From Eubacteriales bacterium (GTDB lineage Bacteria > Bacillota > Clostridia > Oscillospirales > CAG-272): 64,000 nucleotides of DNA. Positions 7,985-16,611 of the stretch are shown here, piece by piece. The position numbers and the translations under genes are program-made. The first letter of the stretch is position 1. Every line of letters starts with the position of its first letter. The stretch is taken from positions 2,252 through 66,251 of the forward strand of contig JAZRCL010000089.1 in NCBI GenBank assembly GCA_045659745.1, given 5' to 3'. The notes below the pieces were generated by a model. That model did no database searches, was not told where the DNA came from, and saw nothing but the letters and a program-made list of their open reading frames with translations.

Positions 7985-9625
7985 TTGAATATTTTGCATC
8001 AGGCTTTATACAGAAAGTGGAGACCTGCGACCTTTGACGAGGTTTGCGGTCAGGAGCATATTACCTCTATACTCAAATACGAAATTGACAACTCCAAATT
8101 TTCGCACGCGTACCTGTTTTGCGGCTCGCGCGGAACGGGTAAGACAACGTGCGCAAAAATTCTCGCAAAGGCGGTCAACTGTCTTTCTCCCGTAAACGGA
8201 AACCCTTGCGGCAGATGCGAGGCGTGTCTTTCGGTTGAGGCGGGAACGGCGACTGATGTGCTTGAAATGGACGCCGCTTCAAACAACGGCGTTGACAACA
8301 TACGAGACATTCGTGACGAGGTAGTCTACGCGCCATCGTCGCTCAAATACAGAGTGTACATTATCGACGAGGTACACATGCTTTCCACAAGCGCGTTCAA
8401 CGCGCTTCTCAAAACACTGGAAGAGCCGCCCGAGCACGTTGTATTCATACTTGCGACCACCGAGCTTCACAAGCTCCCCGCGACTATAATCTCGCGTTGC
8501 CAGAGATTTGACTTCCGCAGAATAGCGACGGACGTGCTCAAAAACCGCCTTATGTATATTGCCTCGCAGGAGGGAATAGACTTGTGCGAGAATGCGGCAG
8601 TAATGCTATCTAAACAGGCGCAGGGTGGCATGAGAGATGCGATAAGTCTTTTGGAGCTTTGCGCGGGAAGTCGCGAAAAGATAACTCCCGAGCTTGTAAA
8701 TATTACAGTCGGCTCAAGCGGACGCGAGGAGATGCTCCGCGTGTGTGAGGCGGTCTGCGATAAGGATTACGAGACAATATTTGCATCGGTCAACGAGGTA
8801 GTGCAGTCCTCGCGCGACATAACTGTTTTCTGGCAGGATCTTATATCTGTTTACAGAGATCTTCTCATAATCAAGACCGCTAAAAACGCGGCGGATTATC
8901 TTGATCTTACGGATAGTGAGATAAAAACCATGACGGGCGTTGCGGCAAAATTCTCACGCGAGCAGCTTTCATATCACTGCTCAATGCTTGAGGACGCCTT
9001 GTTCTCAATGCTCAAGGCGAACTCTATACGCAGAATTGTTGCGGAGCTGACGCTTGTTAAGATGTGCGACAGCAGTCTTTCCACGTCAAATGAGTCCTTG
9101 CTTGCGCGCATAGCGGCGATTGAAAATAAGCTTGTGGGAGCGGATATACAATTCAGGGCAGAGCCCATCCAGGACAAGCCAGCAGAGGATCAGTCTGTGC
9201 CTAAAAAAGCAAGACGCGTTGTGCAGAATGATGACGACGAAATGTTCAAGTCCGACGCGCCGATGCCTATTTTTCAAAAGCCCGCCCAACTTCAAAAGAG
9301 CGGCGATGGCGTGAGAAGACTAAAGCCTATGAAGAACAGGGCAGAGGCGCTTGACAAGCTGACCGACACAAATTCTATGGTAGCATCCTTTTATAAGGTC
9401 GCCAAATGGTATTTGTCAGACGATGGAAAAATAGTTTTGAAATTCCCCGCAAAATATTCGGCGGATAACGCAAAGCGCTTTGACGTCAGCGGTGAATTTT
9501 TAAGAGTTATAAACGCCGTATCGGGCGCAAAATACAGTGCTTCGGATATTCTTTATGAGTCCGAGGACATAAAGGTCGAGTCGTCTGTAATAGACGAGAT
9601 ACTCGACGCAGCAAATCAAGAATAA
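7985..9625 (+). CDS. dnaX: DNA polymerase III subunit gamma/tau
   Basis: It has YRKWRP, Walker A GSRGTGKTT, a zinc module CGRCEAC, and DEVHML. The true start may be the TTG at 7994, which lies 9 nt after the RBS aaaggag. Confidence 0.95.
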   Translation: MNILHQALYRKWRPATFDEVCGQEHITSILKYEIDNSKFSHAYLFCGSRGTGKTTCAKILAKAVNCLSPVNGNPCGRCEACLSVEAGTATDVLEMDAASNNGVDNIRDIRDEVVYAPSSLKYRVYIIDEVHMLSTSAFNALLKTLEEPPEHVVFILATTELHKLPATIISRCQRFDFRRIATDVLKNRLMYIASQEGIDLCENAAVMLSKQAQGGMRDAISLLELCAGSREKITPELVNITVGSSGREEMLRVCEAVCDKDYETIFASVNEVVQSSRDITVFWQDLISVYRDLLIIKTAKNAADYLDLTDSEIKTMTGVAAKFSREQLSYHCSMLEDALFSMLKANSIRRIVAELTLVKMCDSSLSTSNESLLARIAAIENKLVGADIQFRAEPIQDKPAEDQSVPKKARRVVQNDDDEMFKSDAPMPIFQKPAQLQKSGDGVRRLKPMKNRAEALDKLTDTNSMVASFYKVAKWYLSDDGKIVLKFPAKYSADNAKRFDVSGEFLRVINAVSGAKYSASDILYESEDIKVESSVIDEILDAANQE

Positions 9626-9646
9626 ATTACAAGGAGATAAACAGAA

Positions 9647-9991
9647 ATGAGAGCAAATGTACCGAAGGGCGCAGGTGGCGCAGGCAATATGCAGGCTATG
9701 ATTCGTCAGGCACAGAAGATGCAGGAGGATATGGCTATAAAGCAGGAGGAGCTGGACGCAAGAGAATACGAGATCAAGGCAGGCGGCGGAGTCGTCTCTG
9801 TTAAGATAAACGGCAAAAAGGAAATTCTTTCTATAGACATTCAGCCCGAGATAGTTGATCCTGACGACGTTGAGACTCTTTCCGATATACTCGTAGCGGC
9901 AGTAAACGAGGCAATAAAGAGAGTTGAAAACACAAATAACGAGGAAATGGCAAAGATAACGGGCAGTATGAATATGCCCGGAATGTTCTGA
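9647..9991 (+). CDS. ybaB: YbaB/EbfC family nucleoid-associated protein
   Basis: 114 aa. It has a MQ..M...Q.MQE leader and sits in the dnaX-ybaB-recR synteny. Confidence 0.9.
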   Translation: MRANVPKGAGGAGNMQAMIRQAQKMQEDMAIKQEELDAREYEIKAGGGVVSVKINGKKEILSIDIQPEIVDPDDVETLSDILVAAVNEAIKRVENTNNEEMAKITGSMNMPGMF

Positions 9992-9992
9992 T

Positions 9993-10592
9993 ATGGCAGA
10001 GTACATAGAGTCGCTTCAAAGACTCGCCGAGCAGTTTGGGCGTCTTGAGGGTGTAGGCAAGAAAAGCGCTATGAGAATGGCGTTTTCGGTGCTTGATATG
10101 TCCGACGAGGACGCGAAAATGCTCGCGCTTTCAATAGTTGAGGCCAAAGAAAGAATACACCTTTGTCCCATATGCCAGAACATAACCGACAGAGATACAT
10201 GTCTCGTCTGCGCGGACGAGGCCAGAGACAAGAGCGTAATTTGCGTTGTCTCCGATCCCAAGGCAGTTATTTCTATGGAAAAGGTAAGGGAATACAAGGG
10301 AGTTTATCACGTGCTTGGCGGAGTTATCTCGCCCATGAACGGAATTACCCCTGATAAGCTCAAAATAAAGGAGTTGCTTATGCGTCTTTCAAACGAGGAC
10401 GTAAAGGAGGTCATAGTTGCCACTAACCCCACAGTCGAGGGCGAGGCGACTGCGATGTATCTATCGAGAATTCTCAAACCCCTTGGTGTTAAGGTGTCAA
10501 GACTTGCATACGGAATTTCCGTAGGAGCTGACATTGAGTATGCCGACGCGGTGACGCTTAACCGCGCACTTGAGGGCAGAAGGGAAATATAA
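9993..10592 (+). CDS. recR: Recombination protein RecR
   Basis: 199 aa. It has a helix-hairpin-helix (LPGVG-like GVGKKSA), a C4 zinc finger CPICQN..CLVC, and a Toprim domain. Confidence 0.95.
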   Translation: MAEYIESLQRLAEQFGRLEGVGKKSAMRMAFSVLDMSDEDAKMLALSIVEAKERIHLCPICQNITDRDTCLVCADEARDKSVICVVSDPKAVISMEKVREYKGVYHVLGGVISPMNGITPDKLKIKELLMRLSNEDVKEVIVATNPTVEGEATAMYLSRILKPLGVKVSRLAYGISVGADIEYADAVTLNRALEGRREI

Positions 10593-10593
10593 T

Positions 10594-10630
10594 AAAAAAT
10601 GACGGAGAATCATTCTCCGTCATTTTTTAT
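10594..10630. terminator. Bidirectional terminator between recR and the DUF4097 gene
   Basis: Stem atgacggagaat/attctccgtcat flanked by an A-run and a T-run. Confidence 0.85.
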
Positions 10631-10652
10631 TATGCCGCAGGGCATTTCATTT

Positions 10653-11621
10653 TTAATTCTCTACGATACTGATCTTAATATCACCCGTATCCGTGGTTAT
10701 CTTGCACTTGCCGCCCGTTGTTGTCTCGGGAACATCCTTCCTGCCCGTGTCGGTATTGGCAATAAATATCTTGTCGGAGAGAAGCGTGCCATTGACGTCG
10801 CCTGTGCCGGTCACAATGGTGATCTCTTCGGCGTCGCATCTCTCAAATCTTACGTCGCCGGTGTTTCTTTCAATAGAGAAATTACCCGACGCGATAACGT
10901 TGTTCATAATAAGCTTTCCAGTGCTTGCTTTTGAGGTGAGGTTTGCGCACGTGATATTTGTGAGTGTTGTATCTCCCGTGGTTGCTCTGAGCTTTATATC
11001 ACCGTCGCATACTACCGAGGAAATACTGACCCTACCCGTTGATACCGAAAGCTCAATCGAACCTACAGAAAGGTTATCAAGCTTTATATCACCCGTGCTT
11101 GTTTTGATACTCATCTTGCCCGAGGTTGAAGCGGAGCAGGTCACGTCGCCAGTGCTTACGATGACGTTTATGCTGTCAAATTTGAAATTGTTTGGAATAG
11201 ATACGTCGCTTGTATCTGCGCCAATGGAAAGGGAGCTGTATTCCGACTGTGGAAGATATACTGTCACGGTAGTTTTTCCAAAGTTAATTCCGATATACTC
11301 GTACCACTTGCGCGTATCTTCGCATTTTATTGTGAGTTTGCCGTCAACCACATCGACCGAGTGATTTATGTTTTCGAGTTCGTTGCAGACTACCTTGCAA
11401 CTCTCATCCTCCGAAGGCAAAAACGTAATGTCGGCAGTATCCGTGTCTATTGCTATACTGTCAAAGGAATCGCTGACAGTGTGAGTGTTGGTTTCAAATT
11501 TATTTGTGTTAAGCTTATTGAAATCCCAATTCAAAGACATCATTACACCTCCGAAAATAATTGCTCCGAGCAGAATCAGAGAAGCCGCAACAACAAGCCA
11601 AGCAATAGTTGATTTTTTCAT
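10653..11621 (-). CDS. DUF4097 (Toastrack-like) beta-strand repeat protein with N-terminal TM anchor
   Basis: 322 aa. An N-terminal TM helix is followed by about 10 repeats of (S/T)TGD(I/V) spaced roughly 20 aa apart. Its ATG overlaps the upstream gene's stop (TAATG). Confidence 0.8.
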   Translation of the reverse strand: MKKSTIAWLVVAASLILLGAIIFGGVMMSLNWDFNKLNTNKFETNTHTVSDSFDSIAIDTDTADITFLPSEDESCKVVCNELENINHSVDVVDGKLTIKCEDTRKWYEYIGINFGKTTVTVYLPQSEYSSLSIGADTSDVSIPNNFKFDSINVIVSTGDVTCSASTSGKMSIKTSTGDIKLDNLSVGSIELSVSTGRVSISSVVCDGDIKLRATTGDTTLTNITCANLTSKASTGKLIMNNVIASGNFSIERNTGDVRFERCDAEEITIVTGTGDVNGTLLSDKIFIANTDTGRKDVPETTTGGKCKITTDTGDIKISIVEN

Positions 11622-12220
11622 TATGCCTTCTCCTTTCTTATAAAGAGACCTTTAAGTCCCAATGCTAATTTTTTAGTGAGCACAATTATACCACGGGTTG
11701 CCGCCTTGCATCCGAAGAACGCAAAAATGGAGAGACCTGCAAGCACCAAGCCCGCGCCTATCATTGCGACGCCTGAGTAGATATTTCCTGTGACAATAAA
11801 CAGAATACCGCCCGCAATACCACCAACAGTACCGCCAATGAGCGCACCAAATGCCGCCCACAATGCTATTATGACAGACCAAAGAGCAATATAGAGTGAG
11901 AGAATAACCGCAACTGCCGCAACGAGCAGGGAAACCCAAATGGGCGAGCCGACACAAAGCAATACTATCTCCCAAGCCTTCATTTTTCTCTTGGGCTTTA
12001 TTTTTTCCTTTGCAATTTTCAGCAGAGGGATCTCCGCTATTATTTGAGATGCTACTTCATCAACGGAACCAATATCCGCAACAGCCTCTTCCTCACTCAT
12101 TCCGTCGTCCATACGGTCGTCTATCATTTCACTGTAAAACAGTATACTTTCTTTTATATTATCATGCGGCAGACCGTTCAGAGCGGCCTGCAGCTCGCAT
12201 AGAAATTCTTGTTTATTCAT
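11621..12220 (-). CDS. DUF1700 (HAAS-like) membrane protein
   Basis: 199 aa. The N-terminal helical domain (FLCELQAALNGLP...EIL.YSEMIDD) is typical of DUF1700. The C-terminal half forms multi-TM segments. It overlaps padR by 8 nt. Confidence 0.75.
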   Translation of the reverse strand: MNKQEFLCELQAALNGLPHDNIKESILFYSEMIDDRMDDGMSEEEAVADIGSVDEVASQIIAEIPLLKIAKEKIKPKRKMKAWEIVLLCVGSPIWVSLLVAAVAVILSLYIALWSVIIALWAAFGALIGGTVGGIAGGILFIVTGNIYSGVAMIGAGLVLAGLSIFAFFGCKAATRGIIVLTKKLALGLKGLFIRKEKA

Positions 12221-12554
12221 TATCTGTATCCTCCTTTGTCACAAACTGATAAATAGCCATTACCTCACGCCATTCCTCCTTGAAGTCCTCAATACGCTTG
12301 ATTCCCGCTTTAGTTATATTATAGTATTTGCGGAGTCTGCCGTTATGCTCTGCGGAGCGGACGGTCAGAAGCTCTGCAACCTCCAAGCGCTTGAGAATGG
12401 TGTATAGCGTGGATTCCGACATTTCAATATACGGCTTCATATCCTTGATTATCTTGTAGCCGTAAGATTCTTCATCTTTGATGGCTGACAGCACACAAAT
12501 GTCAAGCAGCCCTCGCTTTAACTGAACATCCATAGTATAGTCCTCCTTACGCAA
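12213..12554 (-). CDS. PadR family transcriptional regulator
   Basis: 113 aa winged-HTH protein. It has LDICVLSAI...SYGYKII and YTILKRLE motifs. Confidence 0.9.
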   Translation of the reverse strand: MRKEDYTMDVQLKRGLLDICVLSAIKDEESYGYKIIKDMKPYIEMSESTLYTILKRLEVAELLTVRSAEHNGRLRKYYNITKAGIKRIEDFKEEWREVMAIYQFVTKEDTDNE

Positions 12555-12612
12555 TACATCATATCACGAAGTATTGCGCTTGTCAATAGGTTTTTAAAAA
12601 AATTTAAAAAAG

Positions 12613-12648
12613 GGAATAAAAAACCTCCGCAGGATGCTCCTGCGGAGG
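12613..12648 (-). terminator. Rho-independent terminator of the topB operon
   Basis: On the minus strand, stem cctccgcagga/tcctgcggagg is followed by TTTTTTATT. Confidence 0.8.
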
Positions 12649-12731
12649 ATATTATTGCACATAGGGGTGTTTATTTGCAAGCAATTTTTGCGAATCTCCC
12701 GCAAATAATAGGAATTCGATTATTACGCATG

Positions 12732-13328
12732 TCAATCCTGTTTGCTTTCCGTCAATGATTTCAACAGCTTTTTCCTTTGCCTATGCCATATCTTGTGTGC
12801 GAAATAAATGCATGGAAGATAAACTGCCACATTAAATATTATCCAAAGGGGAATTGAAACAGCTATCCAAGGTATATTTGAAAACATTGCGAATGATATA
12901 CACGCCAAAGCTATTCCCGACGTTTCAAGCGCAGGAATAGATAAAACAATAGTCAATATGATAGCCAGCACTAAAAGCCAAACAAGATCAAAAAGACCGA
13001 ATTTCTTAATATGAGCTATAAACGTCTGGCGTGGGGTGCAGTTTTCCTTATCCATGCAAAGAAAGAAGGACTTGTATTCTTGATCTTGCAGAAAGAAGGT
13101 AAAAAAGAATGAAAAGATAAAAACAATTTCAATTACCAAGGACATTATAATACTCAAATTATCGTTTCCAATTGAAAAGTTGGATTCTTCTACGAGACCG
13201 AGATATATCATCCCGAATCCTATTAAGAGATATATCGCAAGTACGTAGACGCAGCTTAAAATATAGAATATTATCCTTGTAATAGCGATTTTAAAGTTTT
13301 CTTTCGTTAAATGTTTTTTGATGTTCAT
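12732..13328 (-). CDS. Hypothetical polytopic membrane protein (orphan, AT-rich)
   Basis: 198 aa with 5-6 TM segments and no motif I recognise. It starts 13 nt after the topB stop and is visibly more AT-rich than topB. Confidence 0.6.
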   Translation of the reverse strand: MNIKKHLTKENFKIAITRIIFYILSCVYVLAIYLLIGFGMIYLGLVEESNFSIGNDNLSIIMSLVIEIVFIFSFFFTFFLQDQEYKSFFLCMDKENCTPRQTFIAHIKKFGLFDLVWLLVLAIILTIVLSIPALETSGIALACISFAMFSNIPWIAVSIPLWIIFNVAVYLPCIYFAHKIWHRQRKKLLKSLTESKQD

Positions 13329-13340
13329 AACAATTTCCTT

Positions 13341-15491
13341 TTACGTAAAATCAAACACAGCCTTATCTCCGTCGAGCTTTAGACGGGCAGAGAACTCCTT
13401 GCCGTTTTTGGACACAAACCCCTGTATCAAAGAGGTCTGCTTTTGCTCGCCGAGAAGCATTTTCGCATTTGCAATAGAGATGGGGCGCTTGCAGATGACG
13501 CCGTTTATTCTGAATTTGCAGCCGTCCTTGTATCCTGTGCAGCCGTAGCCGTACTTGCCCTTGATTACGTCCTTTCCGCAAACGGGGCAGGGACCAATAA
13601 TATCGCCGTAAAATCCCGTGTCGGTGTCAAGCTCAACTGACGTCTCCTTTTTATTGAAAACAAGAGCTATTTCGTCCTCTGCAAGACGAACGCTGTCTGA
13701 CACGGTCATGTCCCCGCGGTACACCTTTTTGAGCGCCTGACCAAGAACACTCGTCTTGTACTTATCCATCGAAATATTCATTATCGTAAGCTGCTCGATA
13801 AGATATTCGCCGTCGGGCAAAATGGTATAGACGTCTTTTTTGAGTTGAATGTATTTGGATTTGCAAGCGTTGTCAATAATACCCGTACGAGTTGCCTCCG
13901 TGCCAAGCTCAAGACCCTCGAAAATTGCGCGGTAGTCCTCGTCGTCGCTCTCGGGAGCGTCGCTGTCGGACTTCTCAGACAGATTTGCCTTGTCCTCGCG
14001 GAAGGGATTTTTCAGATAATTGTTGAGAGTTTCAACGGTGTAGTGCTTTGGCGGGCTGGTCTGCTTTTCGGACGGCTTAAAGTCAATATTGACCTCGTCA
14101 CCTTTCTCAAGCGGGGGAAGTATCTTGTCCTTTTTCTCGGAGTCGTCAAAGCGCATAAAGCCTTTTTGCAGTATGATGATTCCCTTGAGAGTGAACTGCT
14201 CGTAGCCGCCAACGTCGATGACTATTTCGGTCTTTTGTGCGATACAGTCCTCGTCGCAGAATACCGACACGAAACGGCGGAAGACTGTCTGGTAAACAAG
14301 CATCTCCTTGTCGGTCAGATTTTCCTTTTTGGGTATTTTATACGTAGGTGTGAGCGCCGAGTGGCTCTCGATTTTGGAGTCGTCGAAAATACTCTTTTTA
14401 TCCTTGAAAACAACGGGGTAGCCGATATTTTTTATATTATTGATGATTTTCTTTATCTTGTCTTTTTCTGCGGTCGCAAGATATTCGGAGTTTGTTCTCG
14501 GATAGGTCAGATATCCCGCCTCATAAAGCTTTTGAACTATATCAAGGCTCTCGGACATTGACATCTTATACTTTTTGGAGAGAAGATTCTGAAGCTTTGA
14601 AAGAGAGAATAGCTTGCCTGGGTTTATGGTCTCTTTTTTGGTCTTCTTTGAGATGACTATCGCCTTTGATGCATTGTACTTTTCACAAAGAGCCTGAACG
14701 CCCAAGAAGTTATCCTGCTCAAATTTTACCTTTGAGACAAGCTCAATTTCCTCGTCCTTGGTTTTTTCTTTGGATACGGCAACATAATATATGCTGGGGA
14801 CAAAATTTCTTATTGCCATATCGCGCTCGTAAATGGCGCGTACGATGGGCACGATAACTCGTCCCACGCGGAGCAGCGTGCCTGTCTTGAGTGTTGCATA
14901 TCTTGTGAGGTTGACTCCGTAAAGCCAGTCTATATACGTGCGCGCAAAGCCTTCGTTTGCAAGACTGTCGTACTCGCTCTCGTCCTTCATCTCGGTCAGC
15001 GCCTTGCCGACTGTCTCGGGAGTCTGGTCGGGAAGCCAGAGACGAACGAATCTGCGCTTTGGTGCGCCGCTTTCATTCTTTTCGTCAAGTGCGCCAGTGT
15101 GAAGCACGCAAAGACGGACTATTATCTCACCCTCGCGGTCGGAGTCTCCCGCATTGACTATTCTGTCAGTTTCGGGGCGGGTGCAAAGATACTTTATAGT
15201 TTCAAACTGCTTTTGAACTCCCGTGTCCACCTTTTTATCCGCACCAAGACGGAGCTTGAACTTAAAATCCTCGGGGAAGCAGGGCAGACCTTCCATAGAC
15301 CATTTGCCGTTAAGACCCGTGTAATCCTCAATATCGCACAGCGAAAAAAGGTGACCGAAAGCCCACGTCACGACGTAAGCGCCACCCTCAAAATATCCGT
15401 TTTTCTTTTGCATTTGTATGCCAAACGTCTGCGAAATACCAGAAACAATATTTCTCGCAAGGCTTGGCTTTTCTGCAATAATTACCGTCAT
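13341..15491 (-). CDS. topB: DNA topoisomerase III (type IA)
   Basis: It has a Toprim N-terminus (VIIAEKPS, DSDREGE), the active-site region GYLTYPRTNS, and a C-terminal Zn-finger repeat (CPVCG..CTGYKDGCKF). I chose the start at 15491 (MTVIIAEKPS) because it follows the RBS aggtg; the ORF-track start is 15539. Confidence 0.9.
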   Translation of the reverse strand: MTVIIAEKPSLARNIVSGISQTFGIQMQKKNGYFEGGAYVVTWAFGHLFSLCDIEDYTGLNGKWSMEGLPCFPEDFKFKLRLGADKKVDTGVQKQFETIKYLCTRPETDRIVNAGDSDREGEIIVRLCVLHTGALDEKNESGAPKRRFVRLWLPDQTPETVGKALTEMKDESEYDSLANEGFARTYIDWLYGVNLTRYATLKTGTLLRVGRVIVPIVRAIYERDMAIRNFVPSIYYVAVSKEKTKDEEIELVSKVKFEQDNFLGVQALCEKYNASKAIVISKKTKKETINPGKLFSLSKLQNLLSKKYKMSMSESLDIVQKLYEAGYLTYPRTNSEYLATAEKDKIKKIINNIKNIGYPVVFKDKKSIFDDSKIESHSALTPTYKIPKKENLTDKEMLVYQTVFRRFVSVFCDEDCIAQKTEIVIDVGGYEQFTLKGIIILQKGFMRFDDSEKKDKILPPLEKGDEVNIDFKPSEKQTSPPKHYTVETLNNYLKNPFREDKANLSEKSDSDAPESDDEDYRAIFEGLELGTEATRTGIIDNACKSKYIQLKKDVYTILPDGEYLIEQLTIMNISMDKYKTSVLGQALKKVYRGDMTVSDSVRLAEDEIALVFNKKETSVELDTDTGFYGDIIGPCPVCGKDVIKGKYGYGCTGYKDGCKFRINGVICKRPISIANAKMLLGEQKQTSLIQGFVSKNGKEFSARLKLDGDKAVFDFT

Positions 15492-15627
15492 ATATACACC
15501 TGTGATAAGAGTAAATAATATAATATATAATTTTAACATAATTTTGACGACTTGTCAACAATTTGAAAACAAACTCGTTTTGAAAGCCGTTTTATAGGTT
15601 GTCAAATAACAAATATGGCAAAAAGCA

Positions 15628-15656
15628 TTGACAAAATCCAAAACTTGTTGTATAAT
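15628..15656 (+). promoter_or_regulatory. Sigma-A-type promoter for the degV/fakA operon
   Basis: TTGACA (15628-15633), 17 nt, TATAAT (15651-15656). Confidence 0.6.
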
Positions 15657-15731
15657 CAACTTGTAAAATATGATTACAATGGGTAGTTTTGGAACTATCC
15701 GTCCCCATTTTTAAGAGAGGAATTTTACATT

Positions 15732-16595
15732 ATGAGAGATTATGTTATTCTTACGGACTCGTCCAGCGATCTTTCCGCATCCGTTATGCAGGAGCTTGGC
15801 GTAGCCGCTATATCGCTTGAAGTAAACATTGAAGGTGTTGGTACAAAATATAATGACGAGCTTGACCCCAAGGAGTTTTACGACTTTGTAAGAACCAAGG
15901 CGGGCGCAAAAACCAGCGCTGTAAATATGGATAGATTCAAGGAATTTTTCGAGTCTTATCTTAAAGAGGGCAAGGACGTTATTTACGTTGGATTTTCTTC
16001 GGGTCTGTCCGTGACATACACAAACGGCAAAAACGCTATCGAGGAGCTTATCGAGGAATATCCCGATAGAAAGATAGTGGCTATCGACTCTCTTTGCGCA
16101 TCTCTCGGTCAGGGACTTCTCGTGGCTCTTGCAGCAAGAAAGCAGGCTGCGGGCGCTGACTTTGACGAGGTCGTGTCCTTTATAGAGAACACAAAGCTCA
16201 ACCTTTGCCACTGGTTCACGGTTGACGATTTGTTCTTTCTCAAGCGCGGCGGACGCGTGTCTGCGGCTACCGCAGTGCTTGGAACTATGCTCGCGATAAA
16301 GCCCGTTATGCACGTTGACAACGAGGGACACCTTGTAAACGTAGCAAAGGCAAGAGGCCGCAGAGCCGCAATAACCGAAATAGCGAATAAGCTTACTGAA
16401 ACGGGAATCAATCCCGAAAATCAGCTTATATACATCTGTCACGGCGACTGCTATGACGATGCAAAGACACTCTCCGATATGATAAAGGAGAAATATCCCG
16501 ACTGTGAAATTATGATAGACTACACGGGTCCCGTAATAGGAGCACACTCCGGTCCCGGTACGCTTGCACTGTTCTTTATAGGAACACAGAGATAA
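15732..16595 (+). CDS. DegV family fatty-acid-binding protein (FakB-like)
   Basis: 287 aa. It has the DegV N-terminus ILTDSSSDL and lies adjacent to a FakA-like gene. Confidence 0.85.
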   Translation: MRDYVILTDSSSDLSASVMQELGVAAISLEVNIEGVGTKYNDELDPKEFYDFVRTKAGAKTSAVNMDRFKEFFESYLKEGKDVIYVGFSSGLSVTYTNGKNAIEELIEEYPDRKIVAIDSLCASLGQGLLVALAARKQAAGADFDEVVSFIENTKLNLCHWFTVDDLFFLKRGGRVSAATAVLGTMLAIKPVMHVDNEGHLVNVAKARGRRAAITEIANKLTETGINPENQLIYICHGDCYDDAKTLSDMIKEKYPDCEIMIDYTGPVIGAHSGPGTLALFFIGTQR

Positions 16596-16611
16596 TTTTG
16601 GAGGATTTCTA

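Noticed and set aside
12732-15539. topB as a marker of an integrative conjugative element or prophage.
   Set aside because: There is no integrase, relaxase, T4SS, phage structural gene or att-like direct repeat in the flanks, and the neighbours are core genes.
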